From a virus (lineage: Duplodnaviria > Heunggongvirae > Uroviricota > Caudoviricetes): DNA of 20,117 nucleotides. Made by a program: the position numbers and the translations under genes. Shown here piece after piece: positions 1 to 10,244 of the stretch (position 1 is its first letter; every line of letters starts with the position of its first letter). The DNA lies in the IMG/VR virus record IMGVR_UViG_2778261163_000008, positions 1-20,117 of that record. One strand, 5' to 3'. A model generated the notes under the pieces. The model did not search any database and was not told the DNA's origin. It worked only from the letters and a program-made list of their open reading frames with translations.

Positions 1-582
1 TTACCCTATAGGTGCTACTGGCCATTCAATATCCGGTGCAGTTGATGTATCAACACGGTTCAGCAACACCCGATACTTTTTCCAGGCTTCCAGCAACAAG
101 GTTTCTTCCTCCGTTGCGATTTCCAGATCTACAGCATCCTGAAGTGGCGCAATATGCTCACTGGCTACCTGCATCAGGCTGTTTTTTGTTTCTTCTGCCT
201 CCCGGATCCGGAACAGTTTTTCTGCTTCTGCATCTTTCACCCAGGCTGTGCCGTTCCACTTCTGAAACTCCCCTTCCGGCGATAACCAGGTAACATTTTC
301 CGGTAACGGACCGAGTTCAGAAATAAATAACGCGTCCCCTGACGCTACGTCATAAACCGTTTTACCCCGATGGTCTTCATCGAGATGCCACGATGCCTTA
401 TCACTGTTGAAAACAGCCACAAAGCCAGCAGGAATATCTGGTGGTGCAATATCGGTACTGTTTGCTGGCAGACCTGTATGAGGCGGAATATATGCGTCAC
501 CTTCACCAATAAATTCATTAGTTCCGGCCAGCAGATTATAAATTTTTATGGTCCGTGGTTGTTCACTCATTCTGAATGCCAT
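1..582 (-). CDS. tfa: Tail fiber assembly protein (lambda Tfa-like chaperone), 193 aa
   Basis: Translation [24 protein letters not shown]... is near-identical to lambda/E. coli prophage Tfa proteins as I recall them. ATG at 582-580 overlaps the stf stop (TAATG); stop codon is the first 3 bases of the window. Confidence 0.9.
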   Translation of the reverse strand: MAFRMSEQPRTIKIYNLLAGTNEFIGEGDAYIPPHTGLPANSTDIAPPDIPAGFVAVFNSDKASWHLDEDHRGKTVYDVASGDALFISELGPLPENVTWLSPEGEFQKWNGTAWVKDAEAEKLFRIREAEETKNSLMQVASEHIAPLQDAVDLEIATEEETLLLEAWKKYRVLLNRVDTSTAPDIEWPVAPIG

Positions 583-3500
583 TATGCAAGCCTCACAATA
601 TAGTTAAATGCGATGTTTTTGACGGTGTTTTCCGCGTTACCAGCAGCGTTAACGGTGATGGTGTGTCCATGTGAACCAATCGCAACGGAGTGCGTATGAG
701 CACCAATACCGACAGTATGCGCGTGTGCACCTGCAGATGCTGCTGTGCCGGACAGTGAATGGCTATGATTACCATCTGTACTGGTATTCGCTAACCACCC
801 CGTAGACATACCTACTGAGCCTTGTACACCCCAGGTATTTTGACCTGAGCTTGTATAACCATATTGATAAGTATCTTTAAAAACACTGGGGTTAAATCGA
901 CGGCCATCTCTATGGCTGTGATTACCAGCTGCATTCGTGCTGCCACTTAAACTATGGGTATGCGCACCAGTGTTATTCGTGGATTTAGTGCCGTAATCAA
1001 ACGACGATGTGGTTTTCGTCCCCAAATCTGTACTGGATGCGCTGGCGCTGTGGGTATGCGATTTAATGCCGTCCTGTTCCTGAGACAATACGGCCCGACC
1101 ACTGGCAGGTTTGCCCTTAATCGTCCAGCCACGCATATCAGGGATCACGCCTGACGGATAAGCGGCTGCAAGTTTCGGGTAAGCAGATTTGTCAAAAGTC
1201 TGCCCCTGCATCAGGGCATAACCAGACGGAACGGTATCTGATGGCCACGGGATTGGTGCGCCGACTGGGTAGCTTTCTGGTGGAAGATTTTTCGAGGTAT
1301 AAACTTCTGCCCAGTCATCCTCAAAACCATAACCGTCTCTTGAAGAACGGTAGAACAGACCACCATTTCTGTAATGCGCCTTCATCTGCAAGGTCCGGCA
1401 ACTTCCGACTCCGGTATAGAAGTTAACCAGAATATAGCTGTCGCCAGAGCGGGTGACATTATAAGCGCCTGATTCGGCATTCCAGGGAACGCCACCATCC
1501 GCATCGGCATATGTATCCGTTGCCCTTCTGGCAAAAGCAGCCACATGCGCGGCGGTTAAAGTAATATCTTTGGAACCATCAAACTCAACACCAGAAACCC
1601 GTCTTGGCGTTTGCAGCTTTGTTGCTGTTAATGCATTACCGTTCAGACTTGCGGACAGTTTGGTTCCAATAACCAGTTCGCCGGTTGCGTTATCAATAGC
1701 AAACGGTCTTAATGTATTCCAGCCACCATAAACATCACCTTGATTGGTAAGCAGCAGGTAAGTTTTAGCGCCATCATTACGCCATAATGCACCATACTCT
1801 CCACCTATCATTCGAATCTGATTACCACCACGCGCTACAATTTCGTCTGTGGCAAAAAGTTTTTTGCACGACAAGTTATCGTTAACGATTAACGAATGAG
1901 ACTCATAAAAACCACGCCCACTCTTAAAATCAAGGATAACGTCCGCCGCGATACATTCAGTCGCTGGATTTGTTGCCCCAAACTTATAGGTCGTATCATT
2001 AACAACGAGATCAGCACCAGGTGCGGATATTGACAGGCCATCTTCGATAAACGCAAAAACAGGGAAAGCAGCGCCATCAACATAGAACACAGAGCGCAAA
2101 TCATCGCCCTTATTACTCATCATTATTGAGTGGATGGCTCGTTCATTGTTTTGATATTGCCAGAACATTCCATAAGCATAACGCCCCCTGTCAGTCCAGC
2201 CACCAGGCATAACAAATCCGTTAAACTCGCAGTTATTCATCGGATCGCCTGCGGTTCGCGTTGCCGTGGTGATAATGACCCTTGATGCCAGTTCGCTTAC
2301 TGAGCCAGCAGAACGCATAACAACAACAGGGTAATATTTTCCAGATGTTGCACCTGCAGGAGCGTTAACCCGCACATAACGCATACCACGCTTATCAGCA
2401 AAGTCTGTTTTACTGACCGCGTTAATGTTGTTCAGGAAGCGTCCCTTATCGGGTATATCAGCGCCGTTCTGGTCTTTCTGCAGACGTTTCTCTGCATTGT
2501 CATAGGCTGATTTTACTGCCTTTGGCGTTGCCGCCAGCGTTTCAGACGTACTGTTGGTCGCACTGCTGAGCTGTACTATCCCCTTTTTCGTCGTGCTCGC
2601 ATCCTCAAGCGCCACGGCGGATGCAATATCCTCTGCCCGTTTTGCCGCTGTCTCGGCGCGCGTTGCCGCGGATTCCGCCGTACTTTTGCTCTGTGCTGCC
2701 GCCGTCGCACTGCCAGCTGCCTCTGTCGCCTTCGTGGATGCTGTCGTGGCGCTGCCCTTCGCTGCTGACGCCTGTCTGGTCGCCTCATCTTTTGAAGCAG
2801 ACGCCGATGATGCCGATGACGCCGCCGAACTGGCGGACGATGCGGCAGCCGTTTTTGAGGATTCTGCGCTGGTTTCCGACGCTTTCGCGTTCGTCTCGGA
2901 TGTCTTCGCTGCGGAAGCAGAACTCGCTGCTGCGCTGGCCTGTTCAGTGGCTTCGCCAGCCTTCGTTGTGGCTGTTGAAGCGGATGATGCGGCGCTTTCT
3001 GCCGATTTTCCGGCGGCGGTGGCACTGGCTGAGGCCTGCCCGGCACTTGTTGACGCGGCGCTGGCAGATGATGCAGCCGCTGTTTTTGAGCCTGCCGCAG
3101 CTGAGGCGCTCTGTCCCGCAGCCGTCTCAGAAGACTTAGCGTTCGTCTCGGACGTTTTTGCCGCCTTCGCGGAATTTCCTGCCGCCGTTGCCGAGGAAGT
3201 TGCGCTACTGGCGCTCGAGGATGCGTTCGTTTCTGATGATTTCGCTGCCTCTTTTGAGGCCGCCGCATCCCGGGCTGAGGTGGCAGCTTCTGACGCTTTC
3301 GTGGTCGCGGTGGATGCAGAAGTGGCTGCTGATTGTTGTGACGCTGCGGCATTCGTTTCTGACGTTTTCGCGGCACTGGCACTGGTAGCTGCCGCGCTTT
3401 TTGAGGACTCTGCAGCAGCAGCACTTTTCGATGCTTCACTGGCCTTTGTTGATGCCGTTCCTGCGCTGGAAGACGCTGACTGAGCCGACGACGCGGCCTG

Positions 3501-3980
3501 TCCGGCTGATGTGCTGGCTGCACGTGCTGAGCCTGCAGCATCAGTCGCATGGGTTGCCGCCTCACGGGCTGATGTGCCGGCATCGCTGGCTGACTTCTTC
3601 GCGGCTGCCGTGTTCTGTGCCACCGCGGACGCGTTACGCGCCACCTCTTCCACCATCAGTTCAAAACGGCGCAGTGCCTCAGGACGGGCATCATCCTCCG
3701 TCATGGCACCGAGAAAATCATTCAGCGTACCGGGTCGGGAATCTTCATACACGGTGATGGTCCCGGCATGTGACGGCGGGAATCCCTCCACCAACAGAAT
3801 AACGCTGTACTGCCCGTACTCAACGTCCATGCTGTAACGCCCGGCTTCATCCGGATTTTCTGAGGCCAGCGTGTTCACCACCACCGTGGTGCTGTTACGT
3901 TTTGCTTTCAGCTGGATTGTGCAGTTCTGTACCGGTTTTCCTGTGCCGTCTTTCAGTACACCTGAAATCTTTACTGCCAT
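582..3980 (-). CDS. stf: Side tail fiber protein (lambda Stf / StfR-like), about 1132 aa from the ATG
   Basis: N-terminus [26 protein letters not shown]... and C-terminus ...[22 protein letters not shown] match lambda Stf by recall. The ORF-track start at 3986 is a GTG two codons upstream; the ATG at 3980-3978 gives the lambda-like MAVKIS N-terminus and has a GGGGTGA Shine-Dalgarno-like motif upstream. Confidence 0.9.
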   Translation of the reverse strand: MAVKISGVLKDGTGKPVQNCTIQLKAKRNSTTVVVNTLASENPDEAGRYSMDVEYGQYSVILLVEGFPPSHAGTITVYEDSRPGTLNDFLGAMTEDDARPEALRRFELMVEEVARNASAVAQNTAAAKKSASDAGTSAREAATHATDAAGSARAASTSAGQAASSAQSASSSAGTASTKASEASKSAAAAESSKSAAATSASAAKTSETNAAASQQSAATSASTATTKASEAATSARDAAASKEAAKSSETNASSSASSATSSATAAGNSAKAAKTSETNAKSSETAAGQSASAAAGSKTAAASSASAASTSAGQASASATAAGKSAESAASSASTATTKAGEATEQASAAASSASAAKTSETNAKASETSAESSKTAAASSASSAASSASSASASKDEATRQASAAKGSATTASTKATEAAGSATAAAQSKSTAESAATRAETAAKRAEDIASAVALEDASTTKKGIVQLSSATNSTSETLAATPKAVKSAYDNAEKRLQKDQNGADIPDKGRFLNNINAVSKTDFADKRGMRYVRVNAPAGATSGKYYPVVVMRSAGSVSELASRVIITTATRTAGDPMNNCEFNGFVMPGGWTDRGRYAYGMFWQYQNNERAIHSIMMSNKGDDLRSVFYVDGAAFPVFAFIEDGLSISAPGADLVVNDTTYKFGATNPATECIAADVILDFKSGRGFYESHSLIVNDNLSCKKLFATDEIVARGGNQIRMIGGEYGALWRNDGAKTYLLLTNQGDVYGGWNTLRPFAIDNATGELVIGTKLSASLNGNALTATKLQTPRRVSGVEFDGSKDITLTAAHVAAFARRATDTYADADGGVPWNAESGAYNVTRSGDSYILVNFYTGVGSCRTLQMKAHYRNGGLFYRSSRDGYGFEDDWAEVYTSKNLPPESYPVGAPIPWPSDTVPSGYALMQGQTFDKSAYPKLAAAYPSGVIPDMRGWTIKGKPASGRAVLSQEQDGIKSHTHSASASSTDLGTKTTSSFDYGTKSTNNTGAHTHSLSGSTNAAGNHSHRDGRRFNPSVFKDTYQYGYTSSGQNTWGVQGSVGMSTGWLANTSTDGNHSHSLSGTAASAGAHAHTVGIGAHTHSVAIGSHGHTITVNAAGNAENTVKNIAFNYIVRLA
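2560..3640 (-). repeat. Low-complexity Ala/Ser/Thr/Lys-rich repetitive coding region inside stf
   Basis: About 350 residues dominated by degenerate repeats such as AAKTSETNA / SASSASSA / TKASEAA. This composition also creates long spurious ORFs in other frames on both strands (2554..3483 +, 2576..3583 -, 2621..3139 +). Confidence 0.8.
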
Positions 3981-3991
3981 ATTCACCCCAC

Positions 3992-4017
3992 AAAAAAGCC
4001 CGCCTGAACCGGCGGGC
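3992..4017 (-). terminator. Rho-independent terminator downstream of lom
   Basis: Minus strand reads GCCCGCC-GGTTCA-GGCGGGC followed by TTTTTT (7-bp GC stem, 6-nt loop, U-run), sitting between the lom stop (4045) and the stf start (3980). Confidence 0.7.
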
Positions 4018-4044
4018 TGTCATAACACTGTGTTACCTGGCTAA

Positions 4045-4644
4045 TCAGAATTTATAACCGACACCCACGATGAAACCGTCAGTGCGCCAGTCACCACTGC
4101 CGGAGCCTTCATAAGCAATATCAATGGCCACGGATTCGGTCGGGTTAAACTGCACGCCAGCCCCCCACGCCAGAGACGTGTTGCTGTGGCGACCGTCATC
4201 ACTTCCGGTCAGCACATCGTGCGTTTTCCCCTTGTTGTCAGTTACGCGGAGATAATCCCCGAAGAAAGTCGACACACGGCTGTAAGCCACACCCGCCATC
4301 GCATACACGCTGAACCATTCATTCACGCGCACAGACGGCCCCGCCATTACGCTGAACCAGCGGTTACGCACGGAATCTTCATGCCAGCGGGTATCGCTGT
4401 AATGCGTTTTTTGCTCATCTTCAGCGTTGGCATAACTGAATGACGTAATCAGCCCCAGCGTGTCCGTAAACTCATAACGGTATTTCACGTTAATCCCGTT
4501 CAGATTATCGCTGCCGGGAGCGTTCGTACGGGCATGAAGATACCCTGCGCTCAGTGTGGCCTGCTGCTCAGACGCCCATGCAGGCGCACCGGATACGGCC
4601 AGACAGATGGCTGTGGACAAAATGGCTGCACAAACTTTACGCAT
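4045..4644 (-). CDS. lom: Lom-family outer membrane protein (Ail/Lom/PagC/Rck beta-barrel family), 199 aa with signal peptide
   Basis: N-terminal signal-peptide-like [24 protein letters not shown]; C-terminus ...[25 protein letters not shown] matches lambda Lom by recall; position between J and stf as in lambda; AGAGG Shine-Dalgarno-like motif upstream of the ATG. Confidence 0.9.
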   Translation of the reverse strand: MRKVCAAILSTAICLAVSGAPAWASEQQATLSAGYLHARTNAPGSDNLNGINVKYRYEFTDTLGLITSFSYANAEDEQKTHYSDTRWHEDSVRNRWFSVMAGPSVRVNEWFSVYAMAGVAYSRVSTFFGDYLRVTDNKGKTHDVLTGSDDGRHSNTSLAWGAGVQFNPTESVAIDIAYEGSGSGDWRTDGFIVGVGYKF

Positions 4645-4665
4645 AATTACCTCTCGCTTTTCTGC

Positions 4666-4692
4666 AATAAAAAAGGCGCCATTTCTGGCGCC
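4666..4692 (-). terminator. Rho-independent terminator downstream of J
   Basis: Minus strand reads GGCGCC-AGAAAT-GGCGCC followed by TTTTTTATT, immediately after the J stop (4712) and before the lom ribosome binding site. Confidence 0.65.
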
Positions 4693-4711
4693 CGTATATG
4701 GGTTATAAAAT

Positions 4712-7700
4712 TCAGCTGATACTGATGCCTGCGGTGGCTTTCTTCATCACCACAACCAGCAAATCGCTGATACTTGCTGTGGGATACCAGTCATTTACCA
4801 GCCATGCTGACACCGAAAACTCCAGCGTCATGTGACCGTGACCGGCAGGCATATCAATAACGCCACTGTAAATCAGCGTATTATCCAGCGCGGTACGGTT
4901 ATAAATTTCAGCACCGTTTTTCCGCACTATCAGACGGCATGAGGAGTAAATATCAGTATGCTCTCTCTCATGTTTAGCGCCGCTGAATGCCACCGCCGGA
5001 ATAACAATCTGCCGGTCAAACGGCTGATCGTCATAAACCCTGACGGTAATGGTCCCTGATGGCCACCGTTCCGGTGCACGGGAGTCCCGGGGGAAAGCTT
5101 TGCCCACTGTTTTAACGAGATCGCCTTCAATCTGGTTCGCGGACAGTTTTCCCAGAACCCGACAGTTCTCGTTAATCGTGACGTTGTTGAGCGTCCCGGA
5201 GTTCGCATTCACGTTACCGCTGATATCGGCATTTTTCGCCGTCAGCCGCCCATCCGGTGTCAGGGAAAATGCCGGTGGATTTCCACCACTGGTAATGGTG
5301 GGGGCCGTCAGGCGTTTCAGGAACACGTCGTTCATGAATATCTGATCACCCTGACCAACAAACATCGGTTTTGTGTTGCCATTCGCAGGATTAACCATCG
5401 CAATCCTGTCCGCCGCCAGCAGCACCTGACTCTGCATGCCGTCAGGGGTGTTCTCAATACCGGCACCAATACCCGCGATATAAAGGCGTCCGTCCTGCAT
5501 CTGCTGCAGCTTCACAGCCCACATGCTGTTCAGGTTATTATTTGTATCAACCTGAACCTTCTGTATCTGCTGAATTGCCGCACTCTGGTCTTCCAGTTTC
5601 TTATTGACGGTCTGCGTGATTTCATTGCTGACATCCGTAATGGACGTCCTGATTTCAGCCAGGTCAGGCGCAAGCTGACCGTTATCAATCTGCGTCCACA
5701 GCTCCTGAGCCAGATGGGTTTTCCCTATCTCGCCTTTGAAAAAATCCAGATAGCCGGATGCATCATCGCTCGCCCGACCGACGGCCTCCACAAATGCCGA
5801 TTTGCCTACGGTGTTCACACTGCGGATATAAAAGTAATAATCATGGCCCGGTTTGATATTGATACTGGCGGCTATCCAGTACAGCGCCGTACCAAGATAG
5901 CGGGCTGTGGTTTCAACCTGCCTGATATCCGCAATCCGCTTTTCCGAGAACCAGAACTCAAACTGTACCGTCGGATCATAAACCGCAAGATGCGGCGTGG
6001 CGGTTATCTGAAAATAGCCCGGCGTCAGCTCAATCCGCGACGGCGCTGCCGGTGCGGCGATCCGGAACAATACCGATGCCGGATCGCCCTGCTGTCCCCA
6101 TGCATTTACCGCCCGGACTGTCAGCCTGTAATTTCCCAGCGCCAGCTGCGTGAAGCGATATGTGGTTTCCGTCGTCCGGGCCGTGCTGACCAACCGCTCA
6201 CTGCCGTCGTCCGCTGCCACGGTCAGGCGAAGCATAAAGCTCACCCCCTTCACCACCTTCGGCGTGTCCCAGCGCGCCAGCACCTGGTATTCCCCGCTGT
6301 CTGCGGTGACTTCTGCGGTCAGGTGCTGAACTGCTGGCGGCGTGACACCATTCACCGTGCCGCTCTGGTCACCGTCAAAGTGCGCCCCGTTATCCACGAT
6401 GGCTTCTTTCTCCGGTACATGCTGCACGGCAGTGATGGCATACGTACCGTCATCGTTCTCACGGATACTCACACAGCGGAACAGGCGCTGACGCAGCGTC
6501 GGCAGCTTCAGCCCCCACACGCTGTACTCGGCAACGCCGTCAGGAACCCGGCTCACTTTCACCTTCACGCCGTCGGTGACGGACTGGACCTCCACGCTCA
6601 CCGGATTACCCTGCCCGTCAACCAGGCTTATCAGCGTGGTGCCGGAGGATGGCAGCGTGATTTCACGGTCGAGCGTCAGTGTCCGCGTCTGGCTGTTCAC
6701 CGCCAGCACGCGCCCGCCGATGCTGATCCCCGCATAGTCATCATCACAGATTTCAATGACATCACCTGGTACATGGCGAAGCCCTTCAGCACCCACGCTG
6801 AAGTCCACGGTCTGCGTTTCCAGCAGCTCCGTTTTAATCAGCCACAGCCCGGCGCGGTGTGCCTGCCCCCGGCTGGTACAGCCAAAGGCATCCATCTTCG
6901 TGACGTTACGACCGTAACGGGCAATGGCCTGCGTATCCTCCACAAGCTCTGTCGCCGTCTCCCAGCCGTTGTCCGGGTCAATCCAGTTCACCTCAACGGC
7001 ATTATGGCGGTCCTTCAGGGCGCTGAAGCTGTAGCGGAACGGCGCGCCATCATCCGGCATCACCACATTACTGCGGTTATAGGTCCACACCTTATCTGAT
7101 GGTCGGTCCTGCACGAACGTCAGCCTCTGCCCGTTCCATACCGGCATACAGCGCATCGCCGAGCAGAAATCACTGAGCACATCCCACGCTTTTCGCTGTG
7201 TGGTCAGGTACGCATTACAGGTGATGCGCGGCTCCGTGCCGCCAAAGCCGTCCGGCACTGACTGGTCGCAGTACTGGCCGATGACATACAGCGCCCATTT
7301 ATCCACATCTGCCGCACCAAGACGTTTCCCCATGCCGTAGCGCGGGTGGGTCAGCATATCCCACAGACACCAGGCCATGTTGTTGCTGTATGCTGGCTTA
7401 AACGTTCCGTCCCAGATACCGCTGTATTGCCGCGTCTGCGGGTTATAATTCGACGGCACCTGCAGAATACGCCCGCGCAGATGATAATTACGGCTCACCT
7501 GCTGGCTGCCGAACTGCTCCGAATCCACCTGCACGCCGACCAGTGCCGTGTTCGGGTAGCACTGTTTCACATCGATGATTTCGGTGTATGACGACCAGAG
7601 CGTTTTGTTCTGCAGCTGGTCTGTGGTGCTGTCCGGCGTCATTCTGCGCATCCGGATATTAAACGGGCGCGGCGGCAGGTTATCCACCACCACCGAGGCC

Positions 7701-8191
7701 AGATACTGCGAGGTGGTTTTGCCCTTAATGGTGATGTCTTTTTCCGTCACCCAGCCACCATTACGCTGTATCTGAACCAGCAGGCGAACTTCCGACGGAT
7801 TCCGGTCCCCCTTTGAGGTGGTTTCCACCAGTGCCTGCACGCCGAAAGTAAAACGCAGACGGTCAATGTTTGCCGACGTGATGGTCCGGGTGATCGGCGT
7901 GTCATATTTCACTTCTGTACCGAGCACCGTCTCGGAGCCGGAGGATTCAAATCCCTCCGGCGGTGTCTGCTCCTGCTCACCGGCCCGGAACACCACCGTG
8001 ACGCCGGATATATTGGTATTCCCCTCACTGTCCAGCACCGGCGTACTGTTCAGCAGCACGCTTTTTAATCCATCCACCGGACCTTCAACCGGCCCTTCGC
8101 TGATGGCATCGATCACACTCAGCAGCTGCGTGGACTTCAGGTTGTCCTTCGCTTCGCGCGGGGTATGCCCCTTACTGCTGCCTTTACCCAT
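4712..8191 (-). CDS. J: Tail tip host-specificity protein J (central tail fiber), 1159 aa
   Basis: Translation [41 protein letters not shown]... is lambda-J-like over most of its length by recall; the C-terminal roughly 150 aa is lambda-like in architecture but visibly divergent; lambda-like size and position. Confidence 0.95.
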   Translation of the reverse strand: MGKGSSKGHTPREAKDNLKSTQLLSVIDAISEGPVEGPVDGLKSVLLNSTPVLDSEGNTNISGVTVVFRAGEQEQTPPEGFESSGSETVLGTEVKYDTPITRTITSANIDRLRFTFGVQALVETTSKGDRNPSEVRLLVQIQRNGGWVTEKDITIKGKTTSQYLASVVVDNLPPRPFNIRMRRMTPDSTTDQLQNKTLWSSYTEIIDVKQCYPNTALVGVQVDSEQFGSQQVSRNYHLRGRILQVPSNYNPQTRQYSGIWDGTFKPAYSNNMAWCLWDMLTHPRYGMGKRLGAADVDKWALYVIGQYCDQSVPDGFGGTEPRITCNAYLTTQRKAWDVLSDFCSAMRCMPVWNGQRLTFVQDRPSDKVWTYNRSNVVMPDDGAPFRYSFSALKDRHNAVEVNWIDPDNGWETATELVEDTQAIARYGRNVTKMDAFGCTSRGQAHRAGLWLIKTELLETQTVDFSVGAEGLRHVPGDVIEICDDDYAGISIGGRVLAVNSQTRTLTLDREITLPSSGTTLISLVDGQGNPVSVEVQSVTDGVKVKVSRVPDGVAEYSVWGLKLPTLRQRLFRCVSIRENDDGTYAITAVQHVPEKEAIVDNGAHFDGDQSGTVNGVTPPAVQHLTAEVTADSGEYQVLARWDTPKVVKGVSFMLRLTVAADDGSERLVSTARTTETTYRFTQLALGNYRLTVRAVNAWGQQGDPASVLFRIAAPAAPSRIELTPGYFQITATPHLAVYDPTVQFEFWFSEKRIADIRQVETTARYLGTALYWIAASINIKPGHDYYFYIRSVNTVGKSAFVEAVGRASDDASGYLDFFKGEIGKTHLAQELWTQIDNGQLAPDLAEIRTSITDVSNEITQTVNKKLEDQSAAIQQIQKVQVDTNNNLNSMWAVKLQQMQDGRLYIAGIGAGIENTPDGMQSQVLLAADRIAMVNPANGNTKPMFVGQGDQIFMNDVFLKRLTAPTITSGGNPPAFSLTPDGRLTAKNADISGNVNANSGTLNNVTINENCRVLGKLSANQIEGDLVKTVGKAFPRDSRAPERWPSGTITVRVYDDQPFDRQIVIPAVAFSGAKHEREHTDIYSSCRLIVRKNGAEIYNRTALDNTLIYSGVIDMPAGHGHMTLEFSVSAWLVNDWYPTASISDLLVVVMKKATAGISIS

Positions 8192-8251
8192 TCGTCATGC
8201 TCCATAAACGATAAAACCGCCCGCAGGCGGTTTCACATAAAACGTTTTTCA

Positions 8252-8899
8252 TCAGCGACCAATCACCACAACCTGACCACCGTCCCCTTCGTCTGCCGTG
8301 CTGATTTCCTGAGATACCACACGTGACCCCACGCGCATTTCACCGTACAGCACCGGTAGCGGATTACCCTGGGCAACCATGTTATCCAGTGAGGAGAAAT
8401 ACGTGTTCTGCTTTCCATTATCCGTTGTCTGTGTACGGGGGGTTCTGGGTTTGGGGGCCAGCATCTGCGCCACACCGCCCAGGATCATACTGGCCCCTGC
8501 CGCATACATACCCGATACAACCGCGGCCCCCAGCCAGCCCACAGGGTTCCACCATGCAACCGCAATCAGCGCCGCCCCCAGCACTGCCTGAAAAATACCG
8601 CCACTTTTAGCACCCGCCAGACGCGGTACGATATGGATCACGGCACCATGTTCCAGCGGCTCATTAAGACGGGCTGATAATTCGTTTTCGCCTGCATCAC
8701 GCCCGGCAATGCGCACCTGATACCAGCCATCGCTCAGTTTCTGACGAAACGCCGGGATCTGCATGGCCAGCGCCCGGATGGCTTCGGCCCCTGTTTTCAC
8801 ACGAAGGTCGATGCGGCGGCCAAATCGTTGCAAATCCCCGTAAAGGCAGATGCGTGCCATGCCCGGTGATGCCAGAGGGAGTGTGTGCGTCGCTGCCAT
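8252..8899 (-). CDS. I: Tail assembly protein I, about 215 aa
   Basis: From the ATG at 8899 the translation MAATHTLPLASPGMARICLYGDLQRFGRRIDLRVKTGAEAIRA... matches lambda I by recall. The ORF-track start at 9010 is an upstream in-frame extension that overlaps K and is probably not used. Confidence 0.85.
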   Translation of the reverse strand: MAATHTLPLASPGMARICLYGDLQRFGRRIDLRVKTGAEAIRALAMQIPAFRQKLSDGWYQVRIAGRDAGENELSARLNEPLEHGAVIHIVPRLAGAKSGGIFQAVLGAALIAVAWWNPVGWLGAAVVSGMYAAGASMILGGVAQMLAPKPRTPRTQTTDNGKQNTYFSSLDNMVAQGNPLPVLYGEMRVGSRVVSQEISTADEGDGGQVVVIGR

Positions 8900-9540
8900 T
8901 TGTCGGTATACCTCTCTCGTTTGCTCAGTTGTCCAGGAATATGGTGCAGCAGCTCGCCGTCGCCGCAGTAAATAGCGGCATGATTCGGCACCGATGAACC
9001 AAAACAGCACAGCAGCACATCGCCCGGCTGCGCCGCTGACAACGGCACCTGATACAGCCCCGTTGCCTCCATATTATCCAGATAGAGATTCTGACCGTGA
9101 CGCCACCAGTCATCCTCACGATGAAAATCCGGCATCTCAATTCCCGCCAGATGGTAAGCATCCCGGAACAGCGTGTAACAGTCCGTCACCCCGTGCTCAA
9201 AGCGCCGCCCGGTAAGATGCGGCACACAGCGGAACTTGTGAATCGCCCCCCGGCAGACCAGCCACCACGGCAAATCACTCTGCACCTGCAGCCGCCGGTC
9301 AGCCTCACTCAGCCAGGGCAGAGCACCGGGGTGACTGTGGACCAGCGCCACAATCTCACCCTGCATTTCTGCCCGCAGCCAGTCCTCCGGAGCCATCCGG
9401 AAATACGCCTCCGGCTCACCGGAGATATTCACGCAGGGAAAATATCTTTCCCCTTCCGGCGTTCTCACCACGAAGCCGCACGACTCCGCTGGCGCACATC
9501 GCCGGGCGTGCGCCAGAATCGCTGATTCTGTCTCTGTCAT
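8797..9540 (-). CDS. K: Tail assembly protein K (JAB/MPN-like plus NlpC/P60-like domains), 247 aa
   Basis: Translation MTETESAILAHARRCAPAESCGFVV...EIVALVHSHPG (JAB/MPN-type motif) followed by GVTDCYTLFRDAYHLAGIEMPDF...NHAAIYCGDGELLHHIP (NlpC/P60-like); lambda-K-like by recall. The 3' end overlaps the start of I out of frame. Confidence 0.85.
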   Translation of the reverse strand: MTETESAILAHARRCAPAESCGFVVRTPEGERYFPCVNISGEPEAYFRMAPEDWLRAEMQGEIVALVHSHPGALPWLSEADRRLQVQSDLPWWLVCRGAIHKFRCVPHLTGRRFEHGVTDCYTLFRDAYHLAGIEMPDFHREDDWWRHGQNLYLDNMEATGLYQVPLSAAQPGDVLLCCFGSSVPNHAAIYCGDGELLHHIPGQLSKRERYTDKWQRRTHSLWHHRAWHASAFTGICNDLAAASTFV

Positions 9541-9545
9541 GGGAT

Positions 9546-10244
9546 TTACTGCGAAAGTTTGTTAATGGAAAGGAAGCCGCCAAAGTTGCCGACGTTATTG
9601 CGAAACTTACAGCCACTCAGGCATTTGCTGCATTTATCCTTCGTGATATCGGACGTCGGCTGATCATATTCATCCGCGACCGCCGGACCGTGATAACCGC
9701 ACTCATCACCGCGATAGGTCCAGGTGCAGGTATTAGCCAGCATGATGCGGCCCGGAAAAACAGCGCCGTCCGTTTCCGTCGGCGTGGACAGTACAAAGGA
9801 GGCACTGACCGCGCTCAGTTCGCTGCACTGCTCAATGCGCCAGCGGCTGATTACCTCCTGCTCCGGATCGGCGTCACTGTTTCCGTTGACGAAGTTCACC
9901 GCATCCAGAAAACGGGCGTAAACCTTACGCCTGACCACCGTTCCGCCGACCAGACTCTGCAGGTCTTCCGCCATCCCGGTGACCATGCCGTGCAGATTAG
10001 AGACTTTCAGCGTTGGCCTTGCACTGGCTCCTTTGCCGTTCATCTCAAATCCACTCCCCTGAATGGGATAGGCCTGATACTGCCGCCCCTGCCAGGTGAC
10101 TGGTTCACCTTTTTCGTTCTGCTCATTACAGAAGAAATAACGATCTCCGCCGACCTCTGTCAGATCAATTTCCCAGAGCACGATCAGCGCGGATTGCTCC
10201 GTTTTAGTGCACTCATTGAGTGTTTCCTGCTGTATATCCTGCAT
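9546..10244 (-). CDS. L: Tail tip assembly protein L, 232 aa
   Basis: Translation MQDIQQETLNECTKTEQSALIVLWEIDLTEVGGDRYFFCNEQNEKGEPVTWQGRQYQAYPIQGSGFE... with conserved cysteines near the C-terminus, lambda-L-like by recall. Its ATG overlaps the stop of M (TGATG). Confidence 0.9.
   Translation of the reverse strand: MQDIQQETLNECTKTEQSALIVLWEIDLTEVGGDRYFFCNEQNEKGEPVTWQGRQYQAYPIQGSGFEMNGKGASARPTLKVSNLHGMVTGMAEDLQSLVGGTVVRRKVYARFLDAVNFVNGNSDADPEQEVISRWRIEQCSELSAVSASFVLSTPTETDGAVFPGRIMLANTCTWTYRGDECGYHGPAVADEYDQPTSDITKDKCSKCLSGCKFRNNVGNFGGFLSINKLSQ

Noticed and set aside
2554-3583. Long ORFs in alternative frames on both strands (309-aa Ala-rich on plus, 335-aa Arg/Pro-rich on minus, 172-aa on plus)
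   Set aside because: They arise from the low-complexity GC-rich Ala/Ser repeat region of stf, where stop codons are rare in every frame; they are not independent genes.
4186-4443. 85-aa plus-strand ORF inside lom, and the other short plus-strand ORFs across the window
   Set aside because: All are antisense to well-supported minus-strand genes, lack ribosome binding sites and have no recognisable similarity; treated as spurious.
4693-4800. Possible sigma-70 promoter for lom within the 3' end of J (TATAAC-like and TTGCTG-like hexamers)
   Set aside because: Spacing and match are poor, and the candidate -10 element would start transcription inside or just before the J terminator hairpin; not reportable without transcript mapping.
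5714-7099. 461-aa ORF on the plus strand
   Set aside because: Lies entirely antisense to the well-supported J gene; the translation is Arg/His/Pro-rich with no recognisable domain and no ribosome binding site context. This is typical of an antisense frame of a GC-rich gene.
8899-9010. Upstream extension of the I ORF to the track start at 9010
   Set aside because: The lambda-like N-terminus MAATHTL begins at the ATG at 8899; the extension lies wholly inside K in another frame.
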